IMG/VR virus record: IMGVR_UViG_3300017560_000009
Coordinates: 16,421 to 80,420 of that record
Source of the DNA: a virus
Taxonomy: Duplodnaviria; Caudoviricetes
Length of the DNA: 64,000 nucleotides
Strand: one strand, 5' to 3'
In this document: positions 63,509-64,000 of the stretch, in pieces
Position numbering within the stretch: position 1 is the first letter of the stretch
Layout: every line of letters starts with the position of its first letter
Notes under the pieces: generated by a model
Told to the model about the DNA's origin: nothing
Seen by the model: only the letters and a program-made list of their open reading frames with translations
The model's database searches: none
Position numbers and translations under genes: made by a program

Positions 63509-63680
63509 ACAGGAGCGCCCACCAGGATCGGCTCCAGGCCCGCGCAGCGCCCGCCAGAACCCGGATCTGAGCCGCGCACCAGAGGGAGTAGGGCGCTTCA
63601 CCCGCCCTCCCCTACCGAAAATCCCAGAAGGGGAGGGCGGGGCAACCAGCCACCTCAACCCCAAAATCAGCGACCCCAAC

Positions 63681-64000
63681 ATGACCGACCTCGACCGCCA
63701 ACCACTCGACCTAGAAGCCGCCCTCGACCGCCTGCCAAACCCATTCGAAGAGGGCGCAGACGCGCCCTGGCGGGAGATAGCCCCCCGTCAGAAGCAGGCA
63801 CCCCGCAACACGACGGCTCGCATGAAGGCAAGCGCTGAACTTATGGAAGTCATCCCCTACGACTTGGGGTATGACGACGGGTCCGGTCGCGTCATCTGGA
63901 TGCGCAACCCCAAGCGTGGTCCCCGCAAGGCTGGTCAAGTCGCGTCCTATGCCCACCACACCGGCTACCGCGACATCAACTACCGAGGATCAAGGCTCAA
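63681..64000 (+). CDS. Probable HNH endonuclease, N-terminal part (3'-truncated by the window edge)
   Basis: MTDLDRQ...LGYDDGSGRVIW...RKAGQVAS....GYRDINYRG matches the N-terminal L.Y...G...W...AG....GY..I...G pattern of phage HNH endonucleases. Confidence 0.6.
   Translation, partial: MTDLDRQPLDLEAALDRLPNPFEEGADAPWREIAPRQKQAPRNTTARMKASAELMEVIPYDLGYDDGSGRVIWMRNPKRGPRKAGQVASYAHHTGYRDINYRGSRL

Noticed and set aside
1-64000. tRNA, rRNA, integrase, IS elements, diversity-generating retroelement
   Set aside because: No cloverleaf/T-loop context, recombinase, transposase or reverse transcriptase motifs were recognised, and no TR/VR-like repeat pair was seen in the fibre genes.

Overview
The window is part of a GC-rich (roughly 60%, estimated by eye) tailed dsDNA phage genome, most likely a lytic siphovirus of a proteobacterial host. 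No integrase, tRNA, rRNA or CRISPR array was seen. 1-22.7 kb (+ strand) is the tail and lysis region. It holds a 5'-truncated tape measure protein with an SLT domain and a lambda-like tail tip (M, L, split K, I, J). Next come a short tail fibre ending in a Cys-rich NCNCDCNCS motif fused to a Hint autoprocessing domain, an unknown 240-aa protein and a radical SAM/SPASM enzyme. A complete lysis cassette (GH19 endolysin, two membrane proteins, embedded Rz/Rz1) follows, then a second fibre module. A bidirectional terminator at 22.67 kb separates this from about 40 kb of leftward genes. These cover nucleotide metabolism (dNMP kinase, ThyX-like, MazG-like, HD hydrolase) and recombination/replication (SbcCD, exonucleases, resolvase, ligase, PolA, SSB, SF2 helicase). 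They also include an atypical PanD-like pyruvoyl enzyme next to polA, a structured intergenic RNA candidate, a pair of secreted proteins, a Spo11/TopoVI-A-like protein and about 45 small early ORFs. A 13-bp palindrome (GTTCGTNACGAAC) occurs 10 times among those early genes. The right end (60.9-63.7 kb) is a repeat-rich control/origin-like region. The best novel-system candidate is the Cys-rich/Hint tail fibre plus radical SAM module, a possible RiPP-like maturation system for a virion protein. Family calls come from motif recognition only; no database searches were run.
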